Assembly (NCBI RefSeq): GCF_006345805.1
Contig: NC_043006.1
Span: 32,178,001-32,242,000 of the forward strand
Direction of reading: 5' to 3'
Source: Octopus sinensis
Taxonomy: Eukaryota
DNA: 64,000 bases
Each line of letters starts with the position of its first letter. Positions within the stretch are counted from its first letter, which is position 1. Positions 1-13,127 of the stretch are shown here, in pieces. The translations under genes and the position numbers were made by a program. The notes beneath the pieces were generated by a model. The model saw only the letters and a list, made by a program, of their open reading frames with translations. It was not told where the DNA came from and did no database searches.

Positions 1-342
1 ACTCAAGCAAGGGCCACAATGTGGAGTTCGTTTGTTGGAAATGGTTTCTGTGACCTTCAGCGACATGGAAAGAGAAATACCAGTAAGTAGCTTTGGTTGA
101 TTTCTGTGGCTTAAATTTAATTCCCTCCATCATATTTCCGTTTCTGTATCAGGTCAAAAGACACTGGCGAATATGATGACTGTCCATATGTATTCCTTCA
201 AATATACAAGTTCTGTTTGTTTGTGTGTGTATGTCTGTGTGTGTGCGTGTGTGTGTATGTGTGTCTTTCTTTTTTCTCTCTCTTTCTGCGTTTCTCGGTT
301 TCTCTGTGTACTACTTTGTCTGCTTGTCTGCCTGCCTGCTTG

Positions 343-380
<38 letters not shown>

Positions 381-436
381 TGTCTGTCTACCTGTCTGTC
401 AGTCCGTCTCTCTCTCTTGTAGTTTTCAGCACCTCT

Positions 437-524
<88 letters not shown>

Positions 525-612
525 TAATAATAATAATAATAATAATAAATAATAATAATAATAATAATAAATAATAATAATAATAATATAATAATAATAA
601 TAATAATAATAA
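437..612. repeat. (AAT)n microsatellite, preceded by (GT)n and (CCTG)n tracts
   Basis: Direct reading; explains the poly-I/N/L/Y ORFs at 173-653. Confidence 0.95.
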
Positions 613-792
613 AGATTCAGACAGAATCGGGTACTTGAAAAGATATGCAGCAAGTAGATAGACCGCTGGTCACCGCCTTTTGTTGATAAGTATCAAATAG
701 TATATTCCAGTTGTTTCATTCTATTTAAAAACACCTGTAATGAGCTGACAATTATCCATCGTCTGTTATTATTCATTTGCTTATATATATAT

Positions 793-828
<36 letters not shown>

Positions 829-830
<2 letters not shown>

Positions 831-2475
831 GAAAATAATAAGGGTAGAAAATTTAGAAAAATTTTCATACCGGTGGCTAGCATGCGTAATAATGTCAATA
901 GTCAACTTATTTTCATATATAATAGTGTATAAACAATTTATGTATTTATACACAAAAGCGGTGACCTTTGACGGGACACCTTACATGCTAGAAAGGGCAG
1001 TCAAAGCTCAAACCATGAACAAAAGTAATTTCAAAGAGAATGAAAATAAAAAAAATATTTTTATAGTTAACCCCAAACTCGAGTTTCTGTATTAATGAAC
1101 AATAAATTAATCTGTCATCTGTACTTCATCAGTGGGGTCGCCAAAACTAATATATAACTATGTAGCTAAAACGTACAGAAAATACATGTGTGCTGCACAC
1201 GTATACATTATATTTTCAAATCTACCATGCAAGCACAGTTGCATTCGGCAGCAAATAATAATAAAATTAAAACTGTGTACCAGAAAGGCTTTGAAATTAT
1301 GAAAATTTTACTGTCAAAATAATAAGTGTAGAAAATTTAGAAAAATGTTCATACCGTTGACTAGCATGCGTAATAAAGTCAAGAAACAACTAATTACTTT
1401 AGGTGCCAAAGTTATCGTAAGCAGACACAGACCTCCGCTCGTTCTTCTCGTCCTTGATGCAACGGAATATTGCCGACATGACATCGTAGAGAAGAGAGGG
1501 TTGCAATGGTGCTCGATCGGCACTCATTTTATGAGTGTTGTATTTAAGTACACAGTACACAGGTTCTCCGTCAATTACGACGACGAATGTTCCAGCTGAT
1601 CCAATCAACAGAATAGCTCGTTAGTGAGATTAACGTACAAGTGGCTGAGTACTCCACATACACGCGTACCTTTAAAGTAGCTCTCAGAGAGATGCAGCGT
1701 GACATTGGACGTGACAAGGCTGGCCCCCTTTGAATTACAGGTACTACTCATTTTTGCCTACTGAGTGGACTGGAGTAACTTGAAATAGTGTCTTGCTCAA
1801 GGAATCGAATTCAAAATGTTACGATTGTGAGTCGAATTACTTGACCACTAAGCTACGCGTCTTCACACACACGATGCGGCATTCAACCAAGGATCGAACT
1901 CATGATAAAGTACCTTGGCAGTATTTGCCTTTAGAATATAAACAAACGTAAGAAATCCGGCAAAGGATTTTGTCCAAAGCTCCTGCCAAAATGGATACAT
2001 TGGTTAATGAAGTCTACAAAAGATAAAAGACGGAGGGTCATGGGCGGATACATTTGATCACTGGTCTTCAGTGATCAACCACAACAACATATCCATTTAT
2101 ATCTAAACTGGTAGAACTAGTTAGAAATAATTAATCGTTTCCAGGAGTGACAGTGTGTGTGTTCTACAACAATTCCTCAATCAGCTCACTGCCATACTAC
2201 AAACATAGCTGATAGTTACACTCGCACAGGTCGTAAGCACTTCAACCATTCAATGCTCAAGTTCGTGCTGAGGGCCACTCGATGCTCAAGTTCGTGCCGA
2301 GGGCCACTCAAATGGCCCTGTAGTAAGAAGTTTGCTTCCCAAGCACATGGTCCCAGGTTTAATATCAGAGTGTGGCAACTTGGGAAAGTTGTCTTCTACT
2401 ACATCCTCGAGCCGTTCAAAGCCCAGTGAGTACATTTGGTTGGTGGAAACTGAAAGAAGCCCGTTTCATATATAT

Positions 2476-2512
<37 letters not shown>

Positions 2513-4141
2513 GAAAATAATAAGGGTAGAAAATTTAGAAAAATTTTCATACCGGTGGCTAGCATGCGTAATAATGTCAATAGTCAACTTATTTTCATAT
2601 ATAATGTGTATAAACATTTATGTATTTATACACAAAAGCGGTGACCTTTGACGGGACACCTTACATGCTAGAAAGGGCAGTCAAAGCTCAAACCATGAAC
2701 AAAAGTAATTTCAAAGAGAATGAAAATAAAAAAAATATTTTTATAGTTAACCCCAAACTCGAGTTTCTGTATTAATGAACAAATAAATTAATCTGTCATC
2801 TGTACTTCATCAGTGGGGTCGCCAAAACTAATATATAACTATGTAGCTAAAACGTACAGAAAATACATGTGTGCTGCACACGTATACATTATATTTTCAA
2901 ATCTACCATGCAAGCACAGTTGCATTCGGCAGCAAATAATAATAAAATTAAAACTGTGTACCAGAAAGGCTTTGAAATTATGAAAATTTTACTGTCAAAA
3001 TAATAAGTGTAGAAAATTTAGAAAAATGTTCATACCGTTGACTAGCATGCGTAATAAAGTCAAGAAACAACTAATACTTTAGGTGCCAAAGTTATCGTAA
3101 GCAGACACAGACCTCCGCTCGTTCTTCTCGTCCTTGATGCAACGGAATATTGCCGACATGACATCGTAGAGAAGAGAGGGTTGCAATGGTGCTCGATCGG
3201 CACTCATTTTATGAGTGTTGTATTAAGTACACAGTACACAGGTTCTCCGTCAATTACGACGACGAATGTTCCAGCTGATCCAATCAACAGAATAGCTCGT
3301 TAGTGAGATTAACGTACAAGTGGCTGAGTACTCCACATACACGCGTACCTTTAAAGTAGCTCTCAGAGAGATGCAGCGTGACATTGGACGTGACAAGGCT
3401 GGCCCCCTTTGAATTACAGGTACTACTCATTTTTGCCTACTGAGTGGACTGGAGTAACTGAAATAGTGTCTTGCTCAAGGAATCGAATTCAAAATGTTAC
3501 GATTGTGAGTCGAATTACTTGACCACTAAGCTACGCGTCTTCACACACACGATGCGGCATTCAACCAAGGATCGAACTCATGATAAAGTACCTTGGCAGT
3601 ATTTGCCTTTAGAATATAAACAAACGTAAGAAATCCGGCAAAGGATTTTGTCCAAAGCTCCTGCCAAAATGGATACATTGGTTAATGAAGTCTACAAAAG
3701 ATAAAAGACGGAGGGTCATGGGCGGATACATTTGATCACTGGTCTTCAGTGATCAACCACAACAACATATCCATTTATATCTAAACTGGTAGAACTAGTT
3801 AGAAATAATTAATCGTTTCCAGGAGTGACAGTGTGTGTGTTCTACAACAATTCCTCAATCAGCTCACTGCCATACTACAAACATAGCTGATAGTTACACT
3901 CGCACAGGTCGTAAGCACTTCAACCATTCAATGCTCAAGTTCGTGCTGAGGGCCACTCGATGCTCAAGTTCGTGCCGAGGGCCACTCAAATGGCCCTGTA
4001 GTAAGAAGTTTGCTTCCCAAGCACATGGTCCCAGGTTTAATATCAGAGTGTGGCAACTTGGGAAAGTTGTCTTCTACTACATCCTCGAGCCGTTCAAAGC
4101 CCAGTGAGTACATTTGGTTGGTGGAAACTGAAAGAAGCCCG

Positions 4142-4145
<4 letters not shown>
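829..4145. repeat. Tandem duplication, unit about 1.68 kb (829-2467 and 2511-4145), bounded by (AT)n
   Basis: Identical 90-aa ORFs at 2157 and 3835 (offset 1678); by-eye alignment shows six 1-bp indels. Confidence 0.95.
1565..1860 (-). mobile_element. tRNA-head SINE (second copy at about 3243-3538)
   Basis: Reverse complement starts gcgtagcttagtggtcaagtaattcgactcacaatcg (tRNA-like A/B boxes); related copies at about 6960-7165 (-) and 47855-48060 (+). Confidence 0.7.
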
Positions 4146-4180
<35 letters not shown>

Positions 4181-4182
4181 TA

Positions 4183-4238
<56 letters not shown>

Positions 4239-4463
4239 TGCGCGCGTCTTTGTACCTGTGTTTGTCTCCACCATCGCTAGACAATCGGTGCTGGTTTGTT
4301 TACGGCCAGGTCACTTAGGAGCCCGGCAAAAAAGACCTTTAGAATAAGTGACTGGCTCAAAAAAAAAAAAGTACTGGAGTCGATTCGTTTGACTAAAATT
4401 CTTCAAGGTGGTGCTCCAGCATGGCCGCAGTCTAATAACTGGCACAAATAAAAGATCAAAGAT
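3991..4463 (+). mobile_element. SINE with internal (AT)/(GT) microsatellite; its 5' half is also at about 2313-2467
   Basis: Head ...cacatggtcccaggttt..., body ...ggaaactgaaagaagcccg, tail ...gctccagcatggccgcagtc; same family recurs more than 10 times in the window. Confidence 0.8.
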
Positions 4464-4713
4464 AAATTAGCTGATTTTTATTTTAATTATGCAAATTAGC
4501 CTAGATTGTAAATGAATTTCAACTCCGTACTTGTCAGTTAAAATCGAAACCTCAAAGACTTATAAGTGCCAAAGAATTGTTGAGAGGCCACCACTATGGC
4601 AGATCCAGGCTTTGCTGCTTGCCAGGGAGTACTGTTATCTCGTAGACAATTGACAAAGGAAATTTACCATTTTAGGAATGTTTGTTTTCATTCTTCAGTG
4701 CAAAAGTTTTTCA

Positions 4714-4717
<4 letters not shown>

Positions 4718-4744
<27 letters not shown>

Positions 4745-4926
4745 TGTATGTATGTGTGTATGTATGTATGTATGTATGTATGTATGTATGTATGTATGTA
4801 TGTATGTATGCATGCATGTATGTATGTATGTATGTATGTATGTATGTATGTATGTATGTATGTATGTATGCATGTATGCATGTACGTATGTATGTATGTA
4901 TTTATGTATGTACGTATGTATGTACG

Positions 4927-5012
<86 letters not shown>

Positions 5013-5085
5013 CCTACCTACTTACCTACCTACCTACCTACCTAACTACCTACCTACCTATCTATCTGTCTATCTGTCTGTCTGT
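4718..5085. repeat. Compound (TATG)n-(TATC)n-(TACC)n microsatellite
   Basis: Direct reading. Confidence 0.95.
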
Positions 5086-5499
5086 CTACACACATACACA
5101 AAATAATTGCTTAAAAAATATTACTGACAATCATCTTTATGCAAACAACAGCTAATAACGTGTACAATAAAAATGGTTCAGTTATATTACTTAATGTAAT
5201 CTAGACTAAAGTAATGTAAAAAAAAAAAAGAAAACTTTCAAGGCATATATATTAAAACAAAATGCTAAACTACATACGTTATTATAATATATTACGTAAA
5301 ATATTTTATTAGAAAATATATCTCGACGTGGTTATTACTTTTATTTAAGTCTACATTATTATTTAGTTGTATTATAGTCTTTCCACCGTTCACAATAGAT
5401 AAAAGCACACATTTTGTTTTTCTTTCTATACTATCATAATGCAGGCTTTTGAATTTATTGAAATCGTTATTTATGTATTTTGTGTCTTTCATATATATA

Positions 5500-6064
5500 T
5501 TGGGTTGTCCGGAAAGTTCGTGCCGATTTATAGTAGCTTACCTTTCGACTTATTTTAGAACATGGTTGGGTCCATAAAATAGGATTTGACTACACCTCCA
5601 TTTAGAGCATAGTTTAAGCTATCTTTCCGTGGAAGAAGGTTTATGTTCTTATAACCTGTGTTAATTCTGTAACCCTTTAAAATGGAAGATAAGAAAGTTC
5701 CTTTTCGGCACTTGATGTTTTGGGAATCAGAGAAAAATTGCTGCAGCTCGGCTGGGATGTGTTACTCCACCCTCCATATTCACCAGATATTGCTTCTTCG
5801 GATTTCCACTTATTCAGGTCTTTGCAGCATAGACTTAATGGTAAAAATTTCAGTTCCTTGGATGACGTAAAAAGACACCTTGATGAATTCTTTGCCATGA
5901 AACCACGTCAATTCTGGGAAGAGGGCATTTTCAAGGTAAAGGAAAGATGGAGAGGCATTGTGCAACAATACGGTTCATATTTGGTTGATTAAAAATGTAA
6001 TGGCAAGTATTTATTGACTTTTTCTTTCCTTTAAAAATCGGTTCGAACTTTCCGGACAACCCAA
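5500..6064 (+). mobile_element. Internally deleted mariner transposon (565 bp) with TIRs and TA target duplication
   Basis: TTGGGTTGTCCGGAAAGTTCG at 5500 and its reverse complement ending at 6064, TA on both sides. N-terminal MEDKKVPFRHLMF is joined to the C-terminal LHPPYSPDIASSDFHLFRSL...SYLVD (mariner YSPDL motif). Confidence 0.92.
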
Positions 6065-6086
6065 TATTTTCTATGTAATATATATA

Positions 6087-6500
6087 TCAGGCTGAGTAAA
6101 AAGTAAGCAACGTTTTGAAACATGAAATTCATGACAATATATTTCAACAATGCGGAAATTTTATTTATCAAAGTAAGTATCATTATAATCAACACATTTT
6201 TGCCAACAAGTTACTAGTTTGTTTATTCCGGTAACATAAAAATCTGGAGTTCTGGAGCTGATGAACAACTTTGAATGCATTTTCAGCATCGGTTTGATTT
6301 TTGAACTCCTTCTCTCGCAGGAAACCATCAAAGTGCTTGGAAAAGTGGTATTCGGTAGGAGAAAGGTCTGGGGAATAAGCTGGGTGGGGAAGAACTTCGC
6401 AGCCAAGTTCCCTCAACTTCTGGAGTGCCATTAATGAAATGTGAAGTTGAGCATTGTCATGAAGAATGATTGGCCCTCTTCTGTTGAGTAGTCTGGGACG
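6087..6500 (-). mobile_element. Mariner transposase 3' fragment with one TIR
   Basis: Minus-strand GPIILHDNAQLH...LPHPAYSPDLSPTEYHF, frameshifting to RTPDFYVTGINKLVTCWQKCVD; TIR-like ta|tcaggctgagtaaaaagtaagca at 6085. Confidence 0.85.
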
Positions 6501-6730
6501 GAAGAGTAGCAGTTTTTAATTCCTTTTGGCAATTTATGGAGTGGTGGGTATAAAACCTTTGTCTTCATTTAGCTGAAGGTGGTTCTGTCTCTAAAATTAC
6601 TTTTATATGTACGAATTAAACATTGAGAGATGTTCATTTTAGAACATCTAATTTGAATGTCTTTTTCCTGTGTACTTGGAAGTAATATTCCCTAATAATT
6701 ATAATAATAATAATATAATAATAAAATAAT

Positions 6731-6815
<85 letters not shown>

Positions 6816-7178
6816 TAGATAAAACTTACTTGGAAAAGGATGCATGGCGTTCGATCATATATATATATATATATAAATATATCAGGCTGAGTAAAAAGTA
6901 AGCACATGGTTCTGGGTTGAGTACCTCTGCGTGGCACAATGGTCATGCCGACTGATAAGGGCCTGTTTCTCGATTCAAAGGCGTATATATTCCTCACCTG
7001 GACGGGACACTGGTCAGTCGCAAGATTACTCACTTTTGCCAGCTGAGTGGACTGGAACAACGTGAAATGCAGTGTTTTGCCCAAGAATACAACGCGTCAT
7101 CCGGACCAAGAATCGAAACTACAAACTTACGATCATGAGTCTAACACCCTAACCACTAAGACACATCTTCTACACACA

Positions 7179-7217
<39 letters not shown>

Positions 7218-7676
7218 ACATATATATATATAATCAAAATAAGCAACAAGATATCAAGAAGTGATGTAGTACGACCGTTTCAAGCGACTCCTATAATTGA
7301 ACAATGCAATCATTACATTAATCAGCTGAACAAATAAATAGAATTTTAACCAGTCAGACACATTAGTATCATTTTAATCAAATACATTAACAGAGCAGGA
7401 TGGAAGAAATCCATGTTGACGCTATTGTATCTAAGAATATACCACACTTCCAAGAAAGGCATGAAGCTTACTGGGGTCATAACTTGTAAAGGATTGTGGT
7501 TCGCTTCTAATTTATTTGTCGTTTTATCAACTACTAAATCTAAGACTAGAGGACTGTCTGTTTAGAATGAAGGACAAAAGTGAGTTGACAGCTCATGTCA
7601 AGGTATGGTCATAGATATTGTCAAGATAATCGGAGTAGTAAATTGGGTATAAAGTACTTGCCTACAAAGGAGGCTG

Positions 7677-7734
<58 letters not shown>

Positions 7735-7848
7735 CTCGTATAATGAAATGGTTAAATGTTATCTAACTTATCACGTGTGTTTTACGCGCGAGAAACATCG
7801 ATTAGCAATAAAGAGGACTACCAACGGCATCCCAAAACACGCACACAT

Positions 7849-7904
<56 letters not shown>

Positions 7905-8583
7905 CACATTCAAGGAGATGTTCCCTAGCACATCGCTAGAGATTGATGCTAGGGTACACATCTCAAAGACCTCTGTATCCCAGTGACATGTTATAGCATA
8001 TATGTTCATTTGACTTATTACGAACAGAGCAACTTTTATTTCAAATTCTATTCCTTCCATATCCCCAACTGGATAAGGTGTGGGCCCCTAACCACCACAT
8101 ATTCGAAGACTCCTACATTAATATGCCTGCAAGATAACGAGAGAACCCTTACATGGTCCACTCGATCTGCTAGAAAGAGCACCCAAATTACACGGAAATT
8201 GCACTCTAGCGCGCTAGATCGTGTGGCTTTCGATACACTATGTGCGGATAGTGAGACGGGATGGTCACGGCTGAAATGCTTTTGACAATCTTTTGCTTGG
8301 ATCAGCTATTGCTAATCAGTGCATGAACAACAACGACAACAGCAATAACAGAAACAACAACATAAACAGCAGCAGCAGCAGCAACATCATCAACTACAAC
8401 AATAACAAAGCAATTAAAAGTGCATCAACTTCAACATCATCAACAGCAATAACAAGAACGATAATTAACCACGTGAACATTAGTAACAACAACAACGTTA
8501 TTAAATTATTTTATTTTGAAAGCTAATTTATGAAATGTGTTTTTCAATGATTCATTTAGTAAATATTCTATTCTCCACAACAG

Positions 8584-8625
8584 CAGGTGCAGGAGGTTGA
8601 CCAGTGTAATAGCCGGACCGGTTTG
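8584..8625 (+). CDS. Candidate internal exon (QVQEVDQCNSRTGL) of the membrane-protein gene
   Basis: Pyrimidine tract and CAGCAG (NAGNAG) acceptor, strong GTAAGT donor at 8626, phase 0/0 fits the 14170 exon. Confidence 0.45.
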
Positions 8626-8721
8626 GTAAGTATTTCGTTTTATTCATCATAGAAGTACAGAACGATAAAAATAAATTCGTAAACATCTGGCCATGTTAAA
8701 ATTATTATTAATATTATTATT

Positions 8722-8927
8722 AAGGCGGCGTGTCATTAGCAGGCCAGGCAAAATGCTTGGCAGCATTTAACCCATCATTATGCTCTGAGTTCAGATTCCG
8801 CCGATGTCGACTGTCTTTCATCTTTTCGGGGTCGATTTAATCGACCTAGCTCGTCAATTTGTGAGGTCAATTTAATCGACCTAGCTCGCCTCTTAAATTG
8901 CTGGTTTTGTGCCAAAATTTGAAACCA
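8722..8927 (+). mobile_element. SINE of the 'gaggtcgactttgc...gccaaaatttgaaacc' family, degenerate
   Basis: Shares gagttcagattccgccga / cttttcggggtcgat / gtgccaaaatttgaaacc with copies at 10719, 19380, 26438 and 58212. Confidence 0.7.
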
Positions 8928-8930
8928 TTA

Positions 8931-9301
8931 TTACCTCCGCCTTAGCGAAGGCGGAGGTATTGTTTTCAGTCGTATTTGTTTGTTTGTCCGTAGACAAAAT
9001 ATCTCAAGTACCGCTGGATGGATTCAGATGAAACTTCCAGAAATGTTTGGCCTTGTGACTGACACGAACTGATTAAGTTTTGGGATCGATCCGGTTCTGG
9101 GCAAGGATTCTGGATTACTTTTCCTATTTTTTTTTTTTACTTAATTTTTGAGAGCGATCGGGTTCATTGTTAGTATTCTCGTTTGCGAGAACAATTGAGA
9201 TTATTTAAGATATTTTCATTGTAAAAATCATCTCTGGCTAATTGTTAAGAGGACATTGGTGTTGCCTTGGCGGAGCTTTGCGCTGTCTGAGTGCTCTTGT
9301 T
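8931..9301 (+). mobile_element. Non-autonomous Helentron/HINE-like element
   Basis: 5' tacctccgcctt-agcg-aaggcggaggta hairpin, (gttt)n near the 5' end, 3' subterminal ccttggcggag followed by gcgct..gagtgctc, TT at both ends. Confidence 0.6.
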
Positions 9302-9506
9302 ATTATTTATATTTTATCTTTATCATAGGTTTTCTTGGAACGCCTGGAGTATTGCATGCGTAGCGGGCTTGCTTCCTGTAGCCTTCGGTACCATACTATT
9401 CATTCTTTTCAGTTATCTAATACTTTCCTGATTATTCTGGCTGTGCCAAGGAGGTAAACCTTTCGTAAGAGTTCCGCTGGGAACTCTTCCAATTTCATTT
9501 ATATTC

Positions 9507-10016
9507 CTATTTTAATTGCTGAGTGAGAGAGCAGTGCATGCCATCAAAGTGACACTGGGGTAGAAATATACGAAGCCCAGTATACCCGCCATGACTACCC
9601 GTCTGTTAAGGATGTACAAGGCATATGCAGGTGGGGCCCAGCTAGAGAATTTTCTTCAGGTCGAGTAGCCTATCCCGTTCAAAAGGTCCCTGAAATAGGG
9701 TTGTTTAAGGATATATTAAACGAAACCGCCATATTTCCAAAGGTGAATTATTCAAACCCCAAAGAATTCCTCTCAGCACATGACTATGATGCTCCCCTGC
9801 TACTTCTGCTCGTTATCAGAGATGCACATATCATCAGCCACCAAGGGACATGCTCAACTAGTTAAGGTCAAACAACTGACAAGCAAATCTGGTATTGAGC
9901 AGAATATTTGCTGTTAGCCCATCTTTTATACCAAAACAAAACAATGTATATAATAACACTTCCAATTAGTTAAGATGAAAAACCATGAGAGCAACTACCT
10001 AGTACTGCACCAGGGC

Positions 10017-10017
<1 letters not shown>
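9507..10017. repeat. Dispersed 0.5 kb repeat; opposite-orientation copy at about 58435-58986
   Basis: gagagagcagtgcatgccatcaaagtgacactgggg... matches the reverse complement of 58435-58986; both copies abut (AAT/TAT)n. Confidence 0.8.
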
Positions 10018-10066
<49 letters not shown>

Positions 10067-10718
10067 TATTATTATTATAGATTGGATTGTTAAATTGAAT
10101 TGTTATAATCTTAAATAATCCGTGTTGAACAGTATCTCTTAAATTGATTGATTTTTAGCAACATATTGTGGAAAATAAAATAAAAGGATAAATAAATAAA
10201 ATACAATAGCAAAAAAGAAACCTCTTAAAACAAGTCCCCGCCCAACACCGTCTAGTTTTCTCGTCTCTTGTTGTTTATTTAAATTTTTAAACATTATCTT
10301 GCGGCGATCTTGATCGAATCATTTCTTTCAATACGGCTGTTAAGTAAATGTTCCACAATGGCAATCCTAGGCACAGAATGACGTCGTCACTATATTGTAC
10401 GTTGTGTTTTGTTTGGTAACATTAATAACTGTACAGTTAGAGTCACACAGCTTGCTTAGTGGGGGCAGAAGAAAAGGAGTGTGAGGGAATGGTGGTGGTG
10501 GTGGTGGTGTGCGTGTGCAAGTGAACGAATGTAAGTGTATGAGTGTGTGTATGGACTGAATAGATGCGGGATCAGCAGTTTTATGTCCTACCTCGCCAAG
10601 ATCACCTTATCTTTTCTTTTCTATTACTGCGTTATTTAATGCCTGAAGACAAATAAGACCCTAGCCACACCCACTACGTTCAGCTCGAAAATAGGTGCTA
10701 ATATAGCAATGGAGGAAG

Positions 10719-11206
10719 GTGGTGAGCCGACAGAATCGTTCACACGCCTGACAAAATGCTTAGCGGCATTTCGTCCGTCCTTACGTTCTGAGTTCAAATA
10801 CTGCCGAGGTCGACTTTGCTTTTTATCCTTCCAGGGTCGATAAAATAAGTACCATTTGAGCGCTGGGGTCAATGTAATCGACTTACCCAGCACCTGAAAT
10901 TGCTGGCCTTGTGTCTTTACGTTCTGAGTTCAAATACTGCCGAGGTCGACTTTGCTTTTTATCCTTTCAGGGTCGATAAATTAAATACCATTTGAGCGCT
11001 GGGGTCAATGTAATCGACTTACCCAGCACCTCTGAAATTACTGGCCTTGTGTCTTTACGTTCTGAGTTCAAATACTGCCGAGGTCGACTTTGCTTTTTAT
11101 CCTTTCGGGGTCGATAAAATAAGTACTATTTGAGCACTGGGGTCAATGTAATCGACTTACCCAGCACCTCTGAAATTGCTGGCCTTGTGCCAAAATTTGA
11201 AACCAG
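10719..11206 (+). mobile_element. SINE with a triplicated core of about 137 bp
   Basis: cttacgttctgagttcaaatactgccgaggtcgac...ggccttgt occurs three times head to tail (about 10780, 10914, 11052). Confidence 0.9.
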
Positions 11207-11988
11207 TATATATAAATGGAGGGGTTGCATGATCGAACAATAGGTTATCAGATGTGGGCGCTGACTAACCCTCAACGTCTTCGATTAGTTAATAGAGGAA
11301 ATTCGAAGGCAAGCTTATTAACGCAGTGGAAATATTGCATATAATAATAAACCAAGAAAAGAGACTCTTCCTGGTGGGACGATCTACTGCAAATAATAGT
11401 CAAATCTCCTTCAAATCACACTCTACCATGTATCTTAAAAAGAAAGGGGAAGGTTACGCTAGATAATCTTACTAGGCTAGAGCACCTTTAGAGAAGGTCT
11501 ACACGGTCAGGTAAAACAGCAGCAGCGGCGGCAGCAGCAGCAGCAGCGGCGGCGGAAGCAGCAGCAGCGGAAGCGGCAGCAGCAGCAGCAGCACCACCAC
11601 CACCACACCGCAGCAGCAGCCGCCGCCGCCGCCGCCGCCAACAACAACAACAACAACAACAACAACAGCAATAGCAGCAGGTAGTAGGTGACTAAGTTAT
11701 TTGTCAGAATCGACTTTCGTATTCATTTCTTTCCGATCGATAAAGTATGAACCAGTTGTTGCTGCTTTTGTTTCGTCCCAGTTCAAATTGAACACGTAGT
11801 AATCTAGTCTTATACGTAGGATACCGTGTATCTAGAAGTGCATTTCCAAATGTGACCTTTCCAAACGGTCGGGAGCCCCTGGATAGCTCAGTGTGTACCA
11901 GTGTCTTCTACTATAGCCTCGGGCCGACCAAAGACTCGTGAAAGGAAAGGATTTGGTAGATGGTAACCGAAAGAAGTCCGTCGTATAT

Positions 11989-12071
<83 letters not shown>

Positions 12072-12241
12072 GTATATGTATATGTTTGTGTGCCTGTGTT
12101 TGTCTTTCACTATCGCTGGACAACCAATGCTGGTGTGTTTACGTTCCCGAAACTTAGCGGTTCGGCAAAAGAGATCGATAGAAGAAGTACTATGCTTTCA
12201 AAAAGTACAGATATAAAGTATGAGAAATAGATAGATAGATA

Positions 12242-12312
<71 letters not shown>

Positions 12313-13127
12313 TGATAGAGAAAGAGAGAAAGAGAACGACGGAAACATTGAAACGTCTTATGTCAAATAAGTCAGCATCAAATCAGTGACACGAAAACGA
12401 CCGCGCAAAAGCGTCTCGCACACTTCCAGCCATGAATATTCCATATTAATTTCGCACAATGAATCTAGAAATAGATGGTCCAAGATGTCCTCCCTTCTTA
12501 AGGTAGCAAGCTGTGAGGATTTAGCAACTATATCTGAGGGATCGTTCGAATGCACAGGTGTGCACCCGTTGACTCGCTCATATCAGTGTTATATTTGAAA
12601 GGAGAATGCTGCGGTATCGAAACTGAGACCTGGTCTCCACTAGCCACATGCTTATTATTTGGAAGCAGCATGTTTTGAAATGAAGATTGATTTATTTCGA
12701 TTAAATACAGAAACTAACGTACACAAAACATAAAGACCTTGATAAATATATATTGAAAAGCCAGTTACCAAGACTAACATACTAAATGACAGTGACACAT
12801 CAATTTGAGTAACATCCGGTAAATATTAATTAATCAAACACATAAAAGCTTCTCTGTCACGAGTGATTTATAGGGTAAGCTTTCAGGATCGGAGCTGCTC
12901 ACATCATTAACTTTGTAATCTATTATTTCTGTCATTTCAGTTTTCAATAGGTTTCAGGTACTTTATTTTTATATTAAAAGTAAAACAGATGGATAAACAG
13001 ACAGACACTCACGCACATACATACATACATACATACATACATACATACATACATACATACATACATACATACATACATACATACATACATGCATACATAC
13101 ATAGATACATACATACATACATACATT

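Noticed and set aside
10780-11190. Regularly spaced repeats resembling a CRISPR array
   Set aside because: Units are full-length head-to-tail SINE cores without unique spacers, in eukaryotic DNA with no cas genes.
12930-12965. tttcag-ttttcaatag-gtttcag-gtact micro-exon candidate
   Set aside because: Not needed for the in-phase exon chain and too short to support from sequence alone.
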